A stretch of 64,000 bases of DNA from Octopus sinensis (lineage: Eukaryota), in the NCBI RefSeq assembly GCF_006345805.1, contig NC_043007.1:24862001-24926000 (forward strand), read 5' to 3'. Positions 25,151 through 38,075 of this stretch are shown one piece after another (position 1 is the stretch's first letter; every line of letters begins with the position of its first letter). A model generated the notes under the pieces. That model was given only the letters and a program-made list of their open reading frames with translations. It was not told the DNA's origin and did not search any database. A program made the position numbers and the translations under genes.

Positions 25151-27420
25151 GATCATGAGAGAGAAGAGGGAACAGAGAGAGAAGTGATGTTGTATGTTTG
25201 GATTTGAAAGAAAACAGAACAGAACAGCGAAACAATAAGATAAGTTAATCATTTTGAAGATCATTTTGAAGAATGTCACATTCTGGAGATGATGGTTGGT
25301 GCTTCTTGGATGGTATTTGAGAGTATTAAAGAGTGATAATGCTGACAGATGATAGAACTAGTAAGAGAACAAAAAAAAAACCACAAAAGCAAAAAAAAAA
25401 CGTCATGTTGCCTTAAAGTGGAATTGTGCCATGACAAATGATAACGACAAATAATAAGAACATCGATGATAATGATAATAATAATAATAACATCAAAAAT
25501 GATAATGTTGATGATGATAATGAATATTAATAAAGGAATAACTAAATAAAATGGAAACAAAGAAGTATACACACACATATATAAACACACATACATGTGT
25601 GTATATATATGTATATATGTGTGTATATATACATATGCAGTCAAAACATATGTAGGTCTATTTGAGGCTGTATTTATATATTCATGTCAATTTAAGATAA
25701 TGCTAATACTACTTCATTGTAATTCTTATTTTTATTATTATTATTATTATTATATTATTATTATTATATTATTATTATTATATATAAGTGTCTGTGTGGA
25801 TAGGCGCAAGAGTGGCTGTGTGATAAGTAACTTGCTTACCAACCACATGGTTCCAGGTTCAGTTCCACTGTGGCACCTTGGGCAAATGTCTTCTACTATA
25901 ACCTCAGGTCAGTCAATGCCTTGTGAGTGGATTTGGCAGATGGAAACTGGAAGAAGCCCGTTATATATATGTATGTGTGTGTGTCTGTGTTTGTTCCCCC
26001 AACATCATTTGACAACTGATACTGGTGTGTTTACATCCATGTAACTTAGTGGTTCAGCAAAAGAGAATGATAGAATAAGTACTAGTCTTACAAAGAATAA
26101 GTCCTGGGGTTAATTTCCTTGACTAAAGGCGGTGCTCCAGCATGGCCACGGTCAACTGACTGAAACAGGTAAAAGAACAAGTAAAAGTTCTTTACTTTAT
26201 TCTGGCTAAGCCCTAGCTACAGCTGCATCATCATGTCTTTTATGTTTTACTGGTTTCAGTTATCAGACTGTGGCCATGCTGGAGCGTTGCCGTGAAGGAT
26301 TTTAGCTGAATGAATCGGCCGCAGTATTTTTTTTTCCTTGTAAAACCTGATACTTATTCTGTCCATCTCATTTGTCGGACTGCTAAGTTACAGGGATGTA
26401 AACACACCATCACCAGTCTTCAAGGGTGATAGTGGGGACAAACACAGACAAAAAGACACAAGCATGACTGAAATGAATAAAGAAATAAAAGAACATGATG
26501 GGCTTCTTTTAGTTTCTGTCTACCAAATCCACAAGCCTTTGATCAACTGGAGGCTATAGTAGAAAACAACTTACACAAGATGCCACGCAGTGAGATTGAA
26601 CCTGGGAGCATGTGGTTGGAAAGCAAACTTCTTATTTCTTTATTGCCCACAAGGGGCTAAACACAGAAGGGACAAACAAGGACAGACAAAGGGATTAAGT
26701 CGATTACATCGACCCCAGTGCATAACTGGTACTTAATTTATCAAACCTTAAAGGATGAAAGGCAAAGTCAACCTCGGCGGAATTTGAACTCAGAACATAA
26801 CTGAAGACGAAATACTGCTAAGCATTTCGTCCGGCATGCTAACGTTTCTGCCAGCTTGCCGCCTTTCTCAAATTTCTTGCCACACAGCCACAGCTATGCC
26901 TAGAGCTGAATATTCATAGTTGAACATTCTACATATTTTGTGATGACCATGTATATCCAGGTATCACATCAAGAAATAGAGTGGCATAAATTCACCGGCA
27001 GACGCACTCCAACCTCTGGCCCACAGTTGTACTACTTCAACCATCTGCTTTTCTATCTCTTCCATAACAATCTCTACTCTTCGGAACTAGATAGGCTCAT
27101 GCAACTTCTACTCAGGGAGGCATTCTTGTCCTACTCATCTCTCTTTCTTTTTAAATCCACACTAATCTCAACAGCCAGTCCTTCCTTCTTAGAGCATCAG
27201 CTCTCAGGAATTTCTTCCCGGTTCATATCTTTCGCACAGGTGCTGAAGCAGAATGGTTCATGGAAAATATTTACAACATCAGTCTAGGAGGACTTGTAAA
27301 GACCTTGGACATTACTCCTTCCTCCAGACCCAGGAAGGAGGAGGAGGAAGAGAAGGAGGAGAAAGAGGAGGAGGAGAAAGAGGAGGAGGAGAAAGAGAAG
27401 GAGGAGAAGAAGGAGGAGGA

Positions 27421-28075
27421 GAATGTTTCTCTAAAAGAAACAGAGAAGCTTTCAAAGTACGAAGACCTGTAAATAGAGGTAACTCGAATGTGGAGCACAA
27501 AAACAGAAACAATTCCTGTCGTTGTAGGTGCATTAGGTATGATAAAAAAATATTCAGACAAATACATAACAACAGGACTTACAAGTATATATAACATACA
27601 AAAAAAAGCACTACTAGGCACTGCACACATCCTACATAAAACACTTTCAATACAGTGAAAATAGGTGAGTGACCCCCTTCGGTCAGACACTGACCATGGG
27701 TTTGCACCTAGAGAGTTACCCTCTGAGGCACAAGTCTGGGCAAGGTTGTTTTTTTTTTATGGAAGACCAGCAGTCGCCCATGCATACCGGCTTCCCCTCT
27801 CCACGTCACTGATGTTGTCCAAGGGAAAGGCAAGGGCCAATACAGCTTGGCACCTGTGACGTCGCAACTCATTTCTACAGCTTACGATCGTGAGGTTGTG
27901 AGCTCGAATCCCAGACCGAGCTGCGTGTTGTGTTCTTGAGCAAGACACTTTATTTCACGTTGCTCCAGTTCACACAGTGAAAATAACACCACAACAAACC
28001 AGAGCACATACCCAAAACACAGAGCTGCACTCGGTAGCGCAGTGAAAGCATGTGATAAAAATAAGACTACACGAT
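27421..28075 (+). mobile_element. R4/Dong-type non-LTR retrotransposon 3' end (restriction-like endonuclease C-terminus plus UTR), interrupted by a SINE
   Basis: SLKETEKLSKYEDL*IEVTRMWSTKTETIPVVVGALGMIKK...IQKKALLGTAHILHKTLSIQ*: EK..KY.DL..E...W....IP.V.GALG signature. Confidence 0.8.
27664..27973 (-). mobile_element. SINE-D with inverted 5' segment, 12-bp TSD
   Basis: TSD acagtgaaaata at 27652-27663 and 27974-27985; 27884-27973 (tRNA-like head with B-box gctcgaatccc) is opposite in orientation to 27664-27882. Confidence 0.8.
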
Positions 28076-28299
28076 GATGATGATGACAATGATGATGATC
28101 CTTCTAAGCAGAGGGCCTGAAAATTGGGGGAGGGGACTAGTCAATCACATTGACCCCAGTGTTTCACTAGTACTTATTTCATCGACCCTGAAAGGATGAA
28201 AGACAAAGTTGATCCCGGTGGAATTTGAACTCAGTGATGGGGAAAATGCTGCTAAGCATTTCGTCCAGCATGCTAACGATTCTACCAGCTCACCACCTT

Positions 28300-28313
28300 C
28301 TTAATAAGAACAA

Positions 28314-28360
<47 letters not shown>

Positions 28361-28915
28361 ACAACAACAGCAGCAGCAACAACAACAACAACAAACTCTA
28401 AAAAATGACGATAGTGGAAGTGGAGTTGGTACTGATGACGACAAAAATGATGATGATGATGATGATAATAACAATGATAATGATGATGATGACAAGGATG
28501 ATGATGATGATGATGACAAGAACAACACTGGTAATGATGATGATGATAACAATGACGACAATGATGATGATGGCGATGACAATGATGATGATGACGATAA
28601 TAACGATGATAATGATGATGATGCTAAGAATGACATTGGTGATGATGATAACAATGACGATGATGATGATGATGATGATAATAACAATGATAATGATGAT
28701 GATGACAAGGATGATGATGACAAGGATGATGATGATGATAACAATGACGACAATGATGATGATGGTGATGACAATGATGATGATGACGATAATAACGATG
28801 ATAATGATGATGATGATGATGATAAGAATGACATTGGTGATGATGATAACAATGACGATGATGATGATGATGATGACGACGATGACGACAACGACTTTCA
28901 TAATGATGATAGTAA
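28300..28915. repeat. Compound CAA/CAG then GAT/GAC/AAT microsatellite with an internal 192-bp duplication
   Basis: gataacaatgacgacaatg...aagaatgacattggt block occurs twice (about 28544 and 28736). Confidence 0.85.
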
Positions 28916-28951
28916 TGTATGAGAGTGATCTATAACCATTTTTGTTTTTAC

Positions 28952-29030
28952 CTTGTCTTCTGTAGTAAGGTGATTAAATACCAAATCAAAATTTTCCTTG
29001 AATGTCTCTTTGACTAATCTCTGGCACATT
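28952..29030 (-). CDS. DNAH12: Dynein exon K (79 nt): MCQRLVKETFKENFDLVFNHLTTEDK
   Basis: ccctccattttag|A ATG ... AAG|gtaaaa; phases fit J and L; FKE.F..VF.HL pattern. Confidence 0.88.
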
Positions 29031-30074
29031 CTAAAATGGAGGGAAAAAAAAATAGTTAAAGCCATTAAGCCGGAAAGTCAATCAGCATCACAGCAAGTTG
29101 CCTACTGGACACCTACAGTTCTTGGTTTCTGATTTGTTGAACTGATAAATCAATTAGACATTAATAATTAGCTGACATCAATTGTCATCACAAACAGAGA
29201 CGAACAGCAACACTAAATCAGCAAGTAAGCCCCTATGTGGCTGCATAACCCCACTAGAAATAGCAGTGAAATCTCCATCTAATTTTGTCTTTTGTCTTAC
29301 AAAATTAGAAAGACGTAGGATAATGTAGTCTGAGTGAAAGATGGGATGATCATTTGTGGAGTGTCTTTGATCATAGATCAATATGAATTGGGCTGGCTAA
29401 CGGTTAAACACCAAGAATAACAACAAATAATACAGTGTGGAAGAAGCATATTTGTCATTCCAAAACACATTAAAGACTATTAATCTCCTTTTACTTGTTC
29501 CAGTCATTTGACTGCAGCCATGCTGGGGCACCACCTTGAAATTTTAGTTGAATGTATTGATCCCAGTACTTATTTAAAAAAACTTTCTTTTAAGCCTGGT
29601 ACTTACTCTATCAGTCTCTTTTGCCAAATTGCTAAGTTACGGGGTTAGAAACACACTAACACAGGTTATAAAGCAGTGGTGGTAGACAAACACACACACA
29701 CACACACATACATGTATAGGCACAGGTGTGGCTATGTGGTAAGAAGCTTGCTTCCCAACCACATGGTCCCACTGTATGGCACCTTGGGTAAATATCTTCT
29801 ACTATAACCCCGGGGCAAACAAAGACTTGTGAGTGGATTTGGTAGACATAAACTGAAAGAAGCCTATCATATATATCATCATCATCATCATCATCATCGT
29901 TTAACGTCCGTTCTCCATGCTAGCATGGGTTGGATATATATATATATTTGTGTATTTGTGTCTGTGTTTTTCCCCCCACCATTGCTTAACAACTGATGTT
30001 TGTGTGTTTATGTCACTGTAACTTAGCGGTTCAGCAAAAGACCTCAATAGAATAAGTACAGGGCTTACAGTTCT

Positions 30075-30900
30075 ATGGTACCAATTTACAGCTAGATAGA
30101 CCGAGATTTAGACAGTTAAACAGATACAGTATGGTGAACATTATGATAGCAACTTACAACTAAATCGACTGGATTGGTTACAGTGAAGTGTCTTGGTCAC
30201 AGACAAAGAACAATAAACTATACTACAATGTGATATCTCCTTACAGCTAGATAGACTGAGCTGTTTACATTCGATTCTCTTCAACAGGGACACAACACAA
30301 TAACTATTGTGTACCTACCACATTGTAGTACCTATTTACAGTTTTGTAGACTGAACTATTGATAGTTATTATTTTGATCATCGGCACAGTACAGTGACTA
30401 TACCACATAGTGGTACCTACTTACAGTTAGGTAGGCTGAACTATTGACAGTTAATTATTTTGATCATGAGCACAGTATAATAACTATATCACATTGCGGT
30501 ACCTACTCACAGCTAGGTAGACTGGGCTGTTGACACTTAAGTCTCTAGGATATGGACACAGTCCAATGACTGTACTATATTATGTTACCTAGTTACAGCT
30601 AGATGAATTCAACTGTTGGCAGTTAAGTGTTTTGTTCATAGATACACAAAAGCAAATGATACCTATACAGCTAGATAGACCAGCCTATTTAGGGTTCAGT
30701 GCCTGGGTCATAAATTCAATACAGTGAACTATATAAAATATAGTCATACCTATATCAGCTAGGTAGGCTGCACTGTTAGCAAATAGGTGTGTTGGTCATG
30801 GACGTAGTTCAGGGAAGATATACTTTACTGCAGTATCTACCTACTTAAATGCTAGCTGGACTAGGTCATTGATAGCTAATTATCTTTGCTATAGACACAA
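30075..30900. repeat. Degenerate 85-86-bp tandem repeat, about 9-10 copies
   Basis: Recurring tacctacttacagctaggtagactgaactgttgacagttaa; clean units at 30327, 30412 and 30498. Confidence 0.85.
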
Positions 30901-31449
30901 CACACTTCTTTGCCAGATCACAAAATACTGACTTTGTACCAATACTGGTATAGTTTGTTACCCTATCATCTGAGTAGCCACAACACTTTTTATTTATTTT
31001 TACTTGTTTCCCTTATTGAACTGTGACCACGCCAGGGCGCACCCTTGAAAGGTCTTAGTCAAACGAATTGACCCAGTATTTATTTTTTTAAATTTGATAT
31101 CTATTCTATCAGTCTCTTTTGCCAAACCACTACGTTAAGGAGACATAAGCAAACAAACACTGGCTGTCAAATGGCAAGGGGAGACAAACACAGACACAAA
31201 GACACACATATATACTACAGGCTTCGACACAGTTTCTCCTGACCAAATTCACTCACAAGGCAAGGCATTGGCTGATCTGGGGCTATAATAGAAAACACCT
31301 CGCCTGAGGTGCTGTGCAGTAGGACTGAACCCAAAATCATGTGGTTGAAAAGCAAACTTCTCAACCACACATCCATGCCAGTGCTTCACCTTTCCTTCTG
31401 CAGAACGACACTCCATGTGCTATTGCTTTAATCTTATTAGTGTACTTAC

Positions 31450-31524
31450 TTGAAAAGCCATTCTCGATCACTGTCATCAATTAATCTGTCGTAAAACACT
31501 CGCATTATTTCATGTACCCACAAT
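31450..31524 (-). CDS. DNAH12: Dynein exon J (75 nt): [24 protein letters not shown]
   Basis: ttgttttctag|A TTG ... AA|gtaagt; RLWxHE..RVFYDRL motif. Confidence 0.96.
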
Positions 31525-32414
31525 CTAGAAAACAAAAGAAAATAAAAAATATTAAATTTAAGTTTTAAATATGTTAATTTCAAATTGAAGATTCAGAGTT
31601 GTTGCCCTTACCTGTTTTGATAAGATTTAAGCATTCAGCAAATTGGCAGAGTCATTAGAACATCAGGTAGAAATACCAAGTAGTGTATTTGTCCTGAGTC
31701 TCTGTGCTCTCAGATCAAATCCCACTGAAGTTAATTTTGCTCTTTATCTTTTCAGGATTAATAAAAGAAGCACCAATCTGGGATGATGGATTATTGGAAC
31801 AGTAAGAATGAATGTCAGATGATATATCTTGCAGTATTTGTGCTGGTTCCTTATATTCTAAGTCTGAGCCCTAGGCAAAAATGATCATGTGGTTAAAAGC
31901 TCTGCTTCATAACAACAACAACAACATTTAATGTCTGCCTTCCATGCTGGACTACACCAGGTTACTATGTCTGTTTCGGCAGGGTTTTTACGGCTAGATG
32001 CTCTTCCTAACATCAACCACCCTGTAGAGTGGACCGAGTGCATTTTATGAGATACTAGCACAGGAGAGGTCAGTTTTGGTATGGTTTTTACGGTTAGATG
32101 CCCTTCCAAAGGCCAACCACTTCACAATGTGCAATGGATGCTTTTTACATGGCACCAACACTGTCACCAGTTAACTTACAAGATGTGGAATTTTTGAGAG
32201 CAGAGTGGGTATTGAAAGAGATATCAGATGACAGAGACAGAGGCAGAAACAAGTATCTTGCTATAGAGGAGGTACATGGTTACTTGGCCAGAGAGAGAGG
32301 GGGGGGACAAAGAGAGAGGAATGTATTTAATAATAGATCTGGTGAACCAGAGAGTAAAGAATGATAGCCAGAACAACACAAACAGATAGAAACCAGTCTT
32401 AGGAATCAATATAC

Positions 32415-32620
32415 CTGATAAACATTTTCTTGTTTTCAAGTTCTGCCTTCTTGATGAGGCACACTCCATATATGACTCTAGAGAAATCCCGCAGGTTGAA
32501 GACATAGTGTGACTTAGCTGGAGTTGGTAACAAATGAATCATAGCATTCTTATAAACCTCCATGGTCGCACTGACAGCCATGTTTCCAGTTCCAAGATAT
32601 TCAGTGCCAAATTCTTCTGC
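32415..32620 (-). CDS. DNAH12: Dynein exon I (206 nt): AEEFGTEYLG...LLPTPAKSHYVFNLRDFSRVIYG...KKMFI
   Basis: cttcactacag|GCA ... AG|gtatat; LLPTPAKSHYxFNLRD motif. Confidence 0.97.
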
Positions 32621-33520
32621 CTGTAGTGAAGGAAAAAAAAAAGGTTAATGAACCGGATGCAGGTGTGACCGTGTGGTAAGGAGTTTGCTTCCCAGCTATA
32701 TGGTTCCAGGTTCAATCCCACTGCATGGCACCTTGAGCAAGTGCCTTCTACTATGGTCTCAGGCCAACCAAAGCCTTGTGAGTGGATTTGATAAACAAAA
32801 ACTGAAAGAAGTTTATTGTAAATAGAAGTGTGTGCATGTGTGTCTTAACCATTAAGCAAAATAAGCACATGCTTAGGGCATCAAGGGAAGGAGAGGGAAC
32901 AACAGAGATGGTAAATGGTTTATGGCACAAAAGAAATCACTTTACACTTGCTAAAATAATATTCGGGATGCCTTTATCTCTACTAAGTATAGATGCAGAT
33001 GTGTTACCCAAGATTAATTTTGAGAATCTGATCAAAGACTTTGCAATTCAAAAAAGTAGGAGGAAACTTTTCAAATATAAATAAATTGGAAGAATCCAAA
33101 AATAAACATTATTTTCCCTCTGACTGTTTTGTTTCGTTTTGAAAAATAAAAATTAATTTCATGGTTAGTTATTGTTTATATTTTGAATTACATAATCTTT
33201 TTATAAGGGCACCAAAATCTTTTAAGTGCTTAGGGCCTCTAAGAAAATTCTAACGTCACAATAGATTGTTTTGTAACTTTTAACAAAGACTGAGGATGTA
33301 GCTTAAGTTCTGTTTCATTTTGTAGGATATTTTGCATTTTACATTAATGCGGGGATGTAAAAAGCACCCATTTACACTCTTGGAGTGGTTGGCATCAGGA
33401 AGGGCATCCAAGCTTAAAACCCATGCAAAATCAATTTGGAATCTGGTGCAGCTCTCCAGCTTACCAGTTTCAGTCAAACAACCTGACCCATGCCAGCATG
33501 GGAAGCAGATGCCAAATGAA

Positions 33521-33553
<33 letters not shown>

Positions 33554-33984
33554 ATCATCATCATCCACCTGACCCTCTGTCCATCCATCCAACCATGCAT
33601 ACATACATACATACATACATACATATAGCACAGATCTCCAATAAGAAATGAATTCTTTGATTTTAGAAGTTATCAGTTTCTGCAAGATGATATATTCGTC
33701 AGTATATGTGAGTGTCATGAAGCCAGAGTAACAATGTTCTGGGGATAAAAACCATAAAAATCACAATGCTCATCTGAAGAATTGGTGTGAAATGTAAAAG
33801 AGGGAGCCATGATGACAAAGAACCAGGATGGCCAGTAGTGAGCAGTTCCCAAGAATATCTACCCACCTCAACAAAACTGTGCTCCTACCCGCCTCTAGAT
33901 ACTCTCCTCATCTCCTTAATTGTAGCTCTTCCATCAAAATCACTTTTGTTACTACCCAGGAAGACATTGCTTTCGTGGGCAACA

Positions 33985-34258
33985 GCTAGTGTGCCTTTCC
34001 AAGTGATGGGAAAATTGTACGATGCTTGTGTACAAAGAGTGGCTTTGCAAGGGCACTGAATTAAGTGAACATGTGTGAAAGCTCAAAAATATGCGATGTG
34101 TATGGATCGCTGGATGTGCTTGACAATGACACACAGGTGATGGGGAAGAAGAAGCAGCATGAAAGATGGAAGACTGCACTGAGACATGGGCATGTGATGC
34201 GAATGAAGGATGACAGTTGAGCGATGAAGTGTCAAGCAATCCAAGTGGAAGGAGCCAG
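33985..34258 (+). mobile_element. Degenerate RTE LINE ORF fragment
   Basis: GKLYDACVQRVALQG, RWMC and HGHVMRMKDDS*AMKCQAIQVEG resemble RTE post-RT motifs (GRLYxACVRxxxLxG, WxGHVxR). Confidence 0.75.
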
Positions 34259-34294
34259 TTGATATGGTAAAAATAGATATAAAATTATATACAT

Positions 34295-34337
<43 letters not shown>

Positions 34338-34488
34338 CATCATTCACTACTATAATTAATGCTGCTTCAGTAAATAGATATCAACCAAATATCACTGTTG
34401 TGACATTTCCATACCATAACACATACAGTATGAATTACATTACATATCTATATATTTCTCACTTTGACTGTTTATATCACTTTCTCCG

Positions 34489-34550
<62 letters not shown>

Positions 34551-35292
34551 AAGTAAGAAATTATATATGTTTAAGCATTAAAAAGCCTCACTGTGGGTCA
34601 AATAAGAATGTAAACACATTCTTTCAATGCTGCAGATGTGAAGGAAGAAGAGTTAGAGAATCTCCTGAAAGGCTGTTTTCACAGTTTGCTGGCTGCTCCT
34701 CAGAGGATTTAGAAGTAAATCATCATTCAATAAGTTTTATTTCATATTATATATGGCATTTAAAATCCATGCTTGTGATCTGTAGCCTGAGTACAAGTAT
34801 TTTGTTTGTATATTCCTAAACAGCATTAGACTTTATTTTTTAAGGTTGTTTGATGCATTCAAAAGTAGTGATCCTACTTTCAGCTGTTGAAACCATAATG
34901 TTATATAATAGGCAACTGATGTGGGGAGTCCCTGGATGTGTTAAATATGTTTCTGTTTCACATTAATGTCTCTGTTCACTGTTGCTGCCCTGTGAAATAT
35001 TTTTTTCCTTAGGTTGTTTGGATCTTTGAGAGAGTATGTTATATGTGCTAGATATAAATTTTTTTAATTGGAATATACAATTTCCAAAATGGTTTAAGAT
35101 CAGAAAGCTGTTACAAGGCTGACATAAATCATTATTATCATTGCTGTTGCTATCATTTCAGCATTTATATTGCCATGCTTGCATGGGTCAGACAGAATTT
35201 GTGAAGGCTGATTTTTTTTTTTTTTGTGGTCAAAAATCAAAAAATAAAGAAGGTAAAGAAGAGAGAAGAGGCAAAATGAGGCGTTAACTTAC

Positions 35293-35485
35293 TCGGAGGT
35301 ATATGGACATCAGTGATGAAAATATTCTCACCATCGAATCCTCACTGAATGGATTCATTGCGACAATGTTGAAATGACGTAGAAACCTTGGGGTAACATC
35401 ACAGCGAGCACCACCTGGAGGACCCATGGCAGCGAGAAACTGGATATCTTTTAGGATAAGTTGAGTAGTATCTTTCAAGTCATAC
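35293..35485 (-). CDS. DNAH12: Dynein exon H (193 nt): YDLKDTTQLILKDIQFLAAMGPPGGARCDVTPRFLRHF...SIYLR
   Basis: ttcttacag|G TAT ... CGA|gtaagt; AAMGPPGG and RFLRHF motifs. Confidence 0.97.
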
Positions 35486-36279
35486 CTGTAAGAAATTAAA
35501 GTAGGCTCTATATCACATTCACCACTGATACTATTTGGCACTCACCATGATGACGGGCCAAATTTTGCACTGACCAATGACACAATCAGAACTTGTGATC
35601 ATTCTAGACCTGTTGACCACACTGCCTCTACTCCCCACTAATCAAACTCTTACCGCCACCCTGGTTACCTGGCCATACTAGAACTTTCACAGAAAGTAAA
35701 ATAAATGAATAAACAAATGAGTAAACCAAATGAAATTAAAATGCAATGGAAAATAGATTTCAAATGCATGGTTTTGTGGTAAGAAGCCTTGCATCCCAAT
35801 CACATGGTTCTGGGATCAGTCCCACTGTGTGGCACCTTGGGCAAGAGTCTTCTACTATAGCCTCAGGCCGACCAAAGCCTTTCCAGTGGATTTGGTAGAT
35901 GGAAACCAAAAGAAGATCATCATATATATATATATATATATATATAATGTATACATTTATGTGTGTGTGTCTCTATGTGTGTTTGTCCTCACCACTATCG
36001 CTTGTCAACCGATGTCAGTATGTTTATGCCCGCATAACTTAGCAGTTTGGCAAAAGACACCGATAGAATAAGTACTAAGCTAACAAAGAATAAGGCCTGG
36101 GGTCGATTTCTTCGACTAAAAGCCTTTAAGGCAGTGATCCAGCATGGCTACAGTCAAATGACTGAAACAAGTAAAAGAGAAAAAATTTCAAACAAAAAAA
36201 AAAAAATCATCAAAAAAATAAAGAGATATTGAAAAACACATAAATGTCATTACTCCTTCTATGAGGGTTTCAATCTTAC

Positions 36280-36446
36280 CAGTGTCCATGGTCAAAAAAC
36301 TGTCGCAGTAGTTCAATAGGGGGTTGAGCTCCATACACTTCTTTAGCGGGCATGTTCATATCGTCAACAAAAAATATGGCTGTTTTACCAATTAGAGGGC
36401 CAAACACCCCTCTCCTTCTCTTCACAAGACTTGTCATGATAATGGT
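36280..36446 (-). CDS. DNAH12: Dynein exon G (167 nt): [17 protein letters not shown]...[31 protein letters not shown]; AAA3 Walker B
   Basis: atccaacag|ACC ... TG|gtaaga; DDMNMP and [12 protein letters not shown] motifs. Confidence 0.97.
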
Positions 36447-37936
36447 CTGTTGGATAATAATAACAGTAACAATAATATTAATAACAATTATAATAATAAT
36501 GATGATAATAATAATATGAACATCGAACCAAATATCAATGGAAACAGTAGTTGTGATACCTGTGCCGGTGACACATAAAAAGCACCATCTGAACGTGGCC
36601 GTTGCCAGTGCAGCCTCCACTGGCTTCTGTGCCGGTAGCACATAAAAAAGGCACCATCCGAACGTGGCCAATGCCAGCACCACCTTGACTGGCTTCTGTG
36701 CCGGTAGCACATAAAAAAAGCACCACCGATCATGGCCGATGCCAGACCCCTCTGGCACCTGTGCAGGTGGCACGTAAAAAGCAACCACTACACTCGCGGA
36801 GTGGTTGGCGTTAGGAAAGGCATCCAGCTGTAGAAACACTGCCAGATCAGACTGGAGCCTGGGGCAGCCCCTGGCTCCCCAGACCCCGGTTGAACCGTCC
36901 AACCCGTGCTAGCACGGAAAACGGACGTTAAACGATGATGATGATGATGATGATGAATAATAGCAAAGTGGGCTGATTCTTACCTAGCTCAGATACCAGG
37001 AAACCCCAAAATGGTGGAAATTCAAAAGAACTTCCCATATCCGAGTAAAATACTGTCTATGTAATCTCAAATTTTAAAACAAACTTATAACTTTCTTATG
37101 TTTTCTTAAATATTCTCTAGAATGTTTACGAGAACATTCTATATGTAAAACGAAAAATATGGCATCCTAGGCATAACACCAACATGAACTTCTAACTTAT
37201 TGTCTCTTGAGGTCCCTGGGTGAGACTTGGAGTCAATTTGACAAATACAAGGCAAAAGTCGAACATAATAATGACGATAATGGTGGTGATGGTGGCGATG
37301 ATGATGATGATGATGATGATCTTTTCTATTATAGGCACAAGGCCTGGAATTTTGTGGGGAGGGGCTTGTCGATTACAGAAAATATTAAGAAAAAAATAAA
37401 TAGGAGTGGCTGTGTGGTGAGTAGCTTGCTAACCAACCACATGGTTCCGGGTTCAGTCCCACTGCGTGGCATCTTGGGCAAGTGTCTTCTGCTATAGCCC
37501 CGGGCCGACCAATGCCTTGTGAGTGGATTTGGTAGACGGAAACTGAAAGAAGCCTGTCGTGTATATGTATATATATATATGTGTGTGTGTGTGTGTTTGT
37601 GTGTCCATGTTTGTCCCCCTAGCATTGCTTGACAACCGATGCTGGTGTGTTTACGTCCCCGTCACTTAGCGGTTCGGCAAAAGAGACCGATAGAATAAGT
37701 ACTGGGCTTACAAAGAATAAAGTCCCGGGGTTGATTTGCTCGACTAAAGGCGGTGCTCCAGCATGGCCGCAGTCAAATGACTGAAACAACTAAAAGAGTA
37801 AAACGAGAGTATGTCTTTGTTCTGTTTCTCACTGTTCACCATGCATAGAGTCGTCTTCACCATCACCATCACAATGATGATGAAATTTCAATTGATTAAA
37901 AAAACAAGAAATTTAATAATTCTTTCTCAGTCTCAC

Positions 37937-38075
37937 CTGAACTTGATTGGCAGAAGTTTGAGCAGAGAAGTTCAGAAAAGTCGGAATGTACTTTTCTTTT
38001 GAAATTCCTTTCATCAGTTTATCTTGGACATAACAGCTCTTCCCTGTCCCTGTAGGGCCAACAAATAACATCGGC
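37937..38075 (-). CDS. DNAH12: Dynein exon F (139 nt): PMLFVGPTGTGKSCYVQDKLM...LNFSAQTSANQVQ; AAA3 Walker A
   Basis: tttcttccag|G CCG ... CAG|gtgaga; GPTGTGKS P-loop and NFSAxTSAN. Confidence 0.97.

Noticed and set aside
28301-28935. Long Ser-, Ile- and Met-rich ORFs; likewise 738-2707, 13558-14086, 17181-17548, 23206-25235, 41299-41767, 58062-58679
   Set aside because: Microsatellite or low-complexity artefacts.
36560-36790. CRISPR-like repeat/spacer appearance (also 19342-20205, 30075-30900, 46597-47060)
   Set aside because: The apparent spacers are homologous to each other, there are no cas genes and the context is a eukaryotic intron; these are tandem repeats.
36447-36902. N-terminal extension of ORF 36276-36902
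   Set aside because: Only 36280-36446 is dynein exon; the rest is an antisense RTE 3' UTR and (AAT)n tract upstream of a good acceptor.
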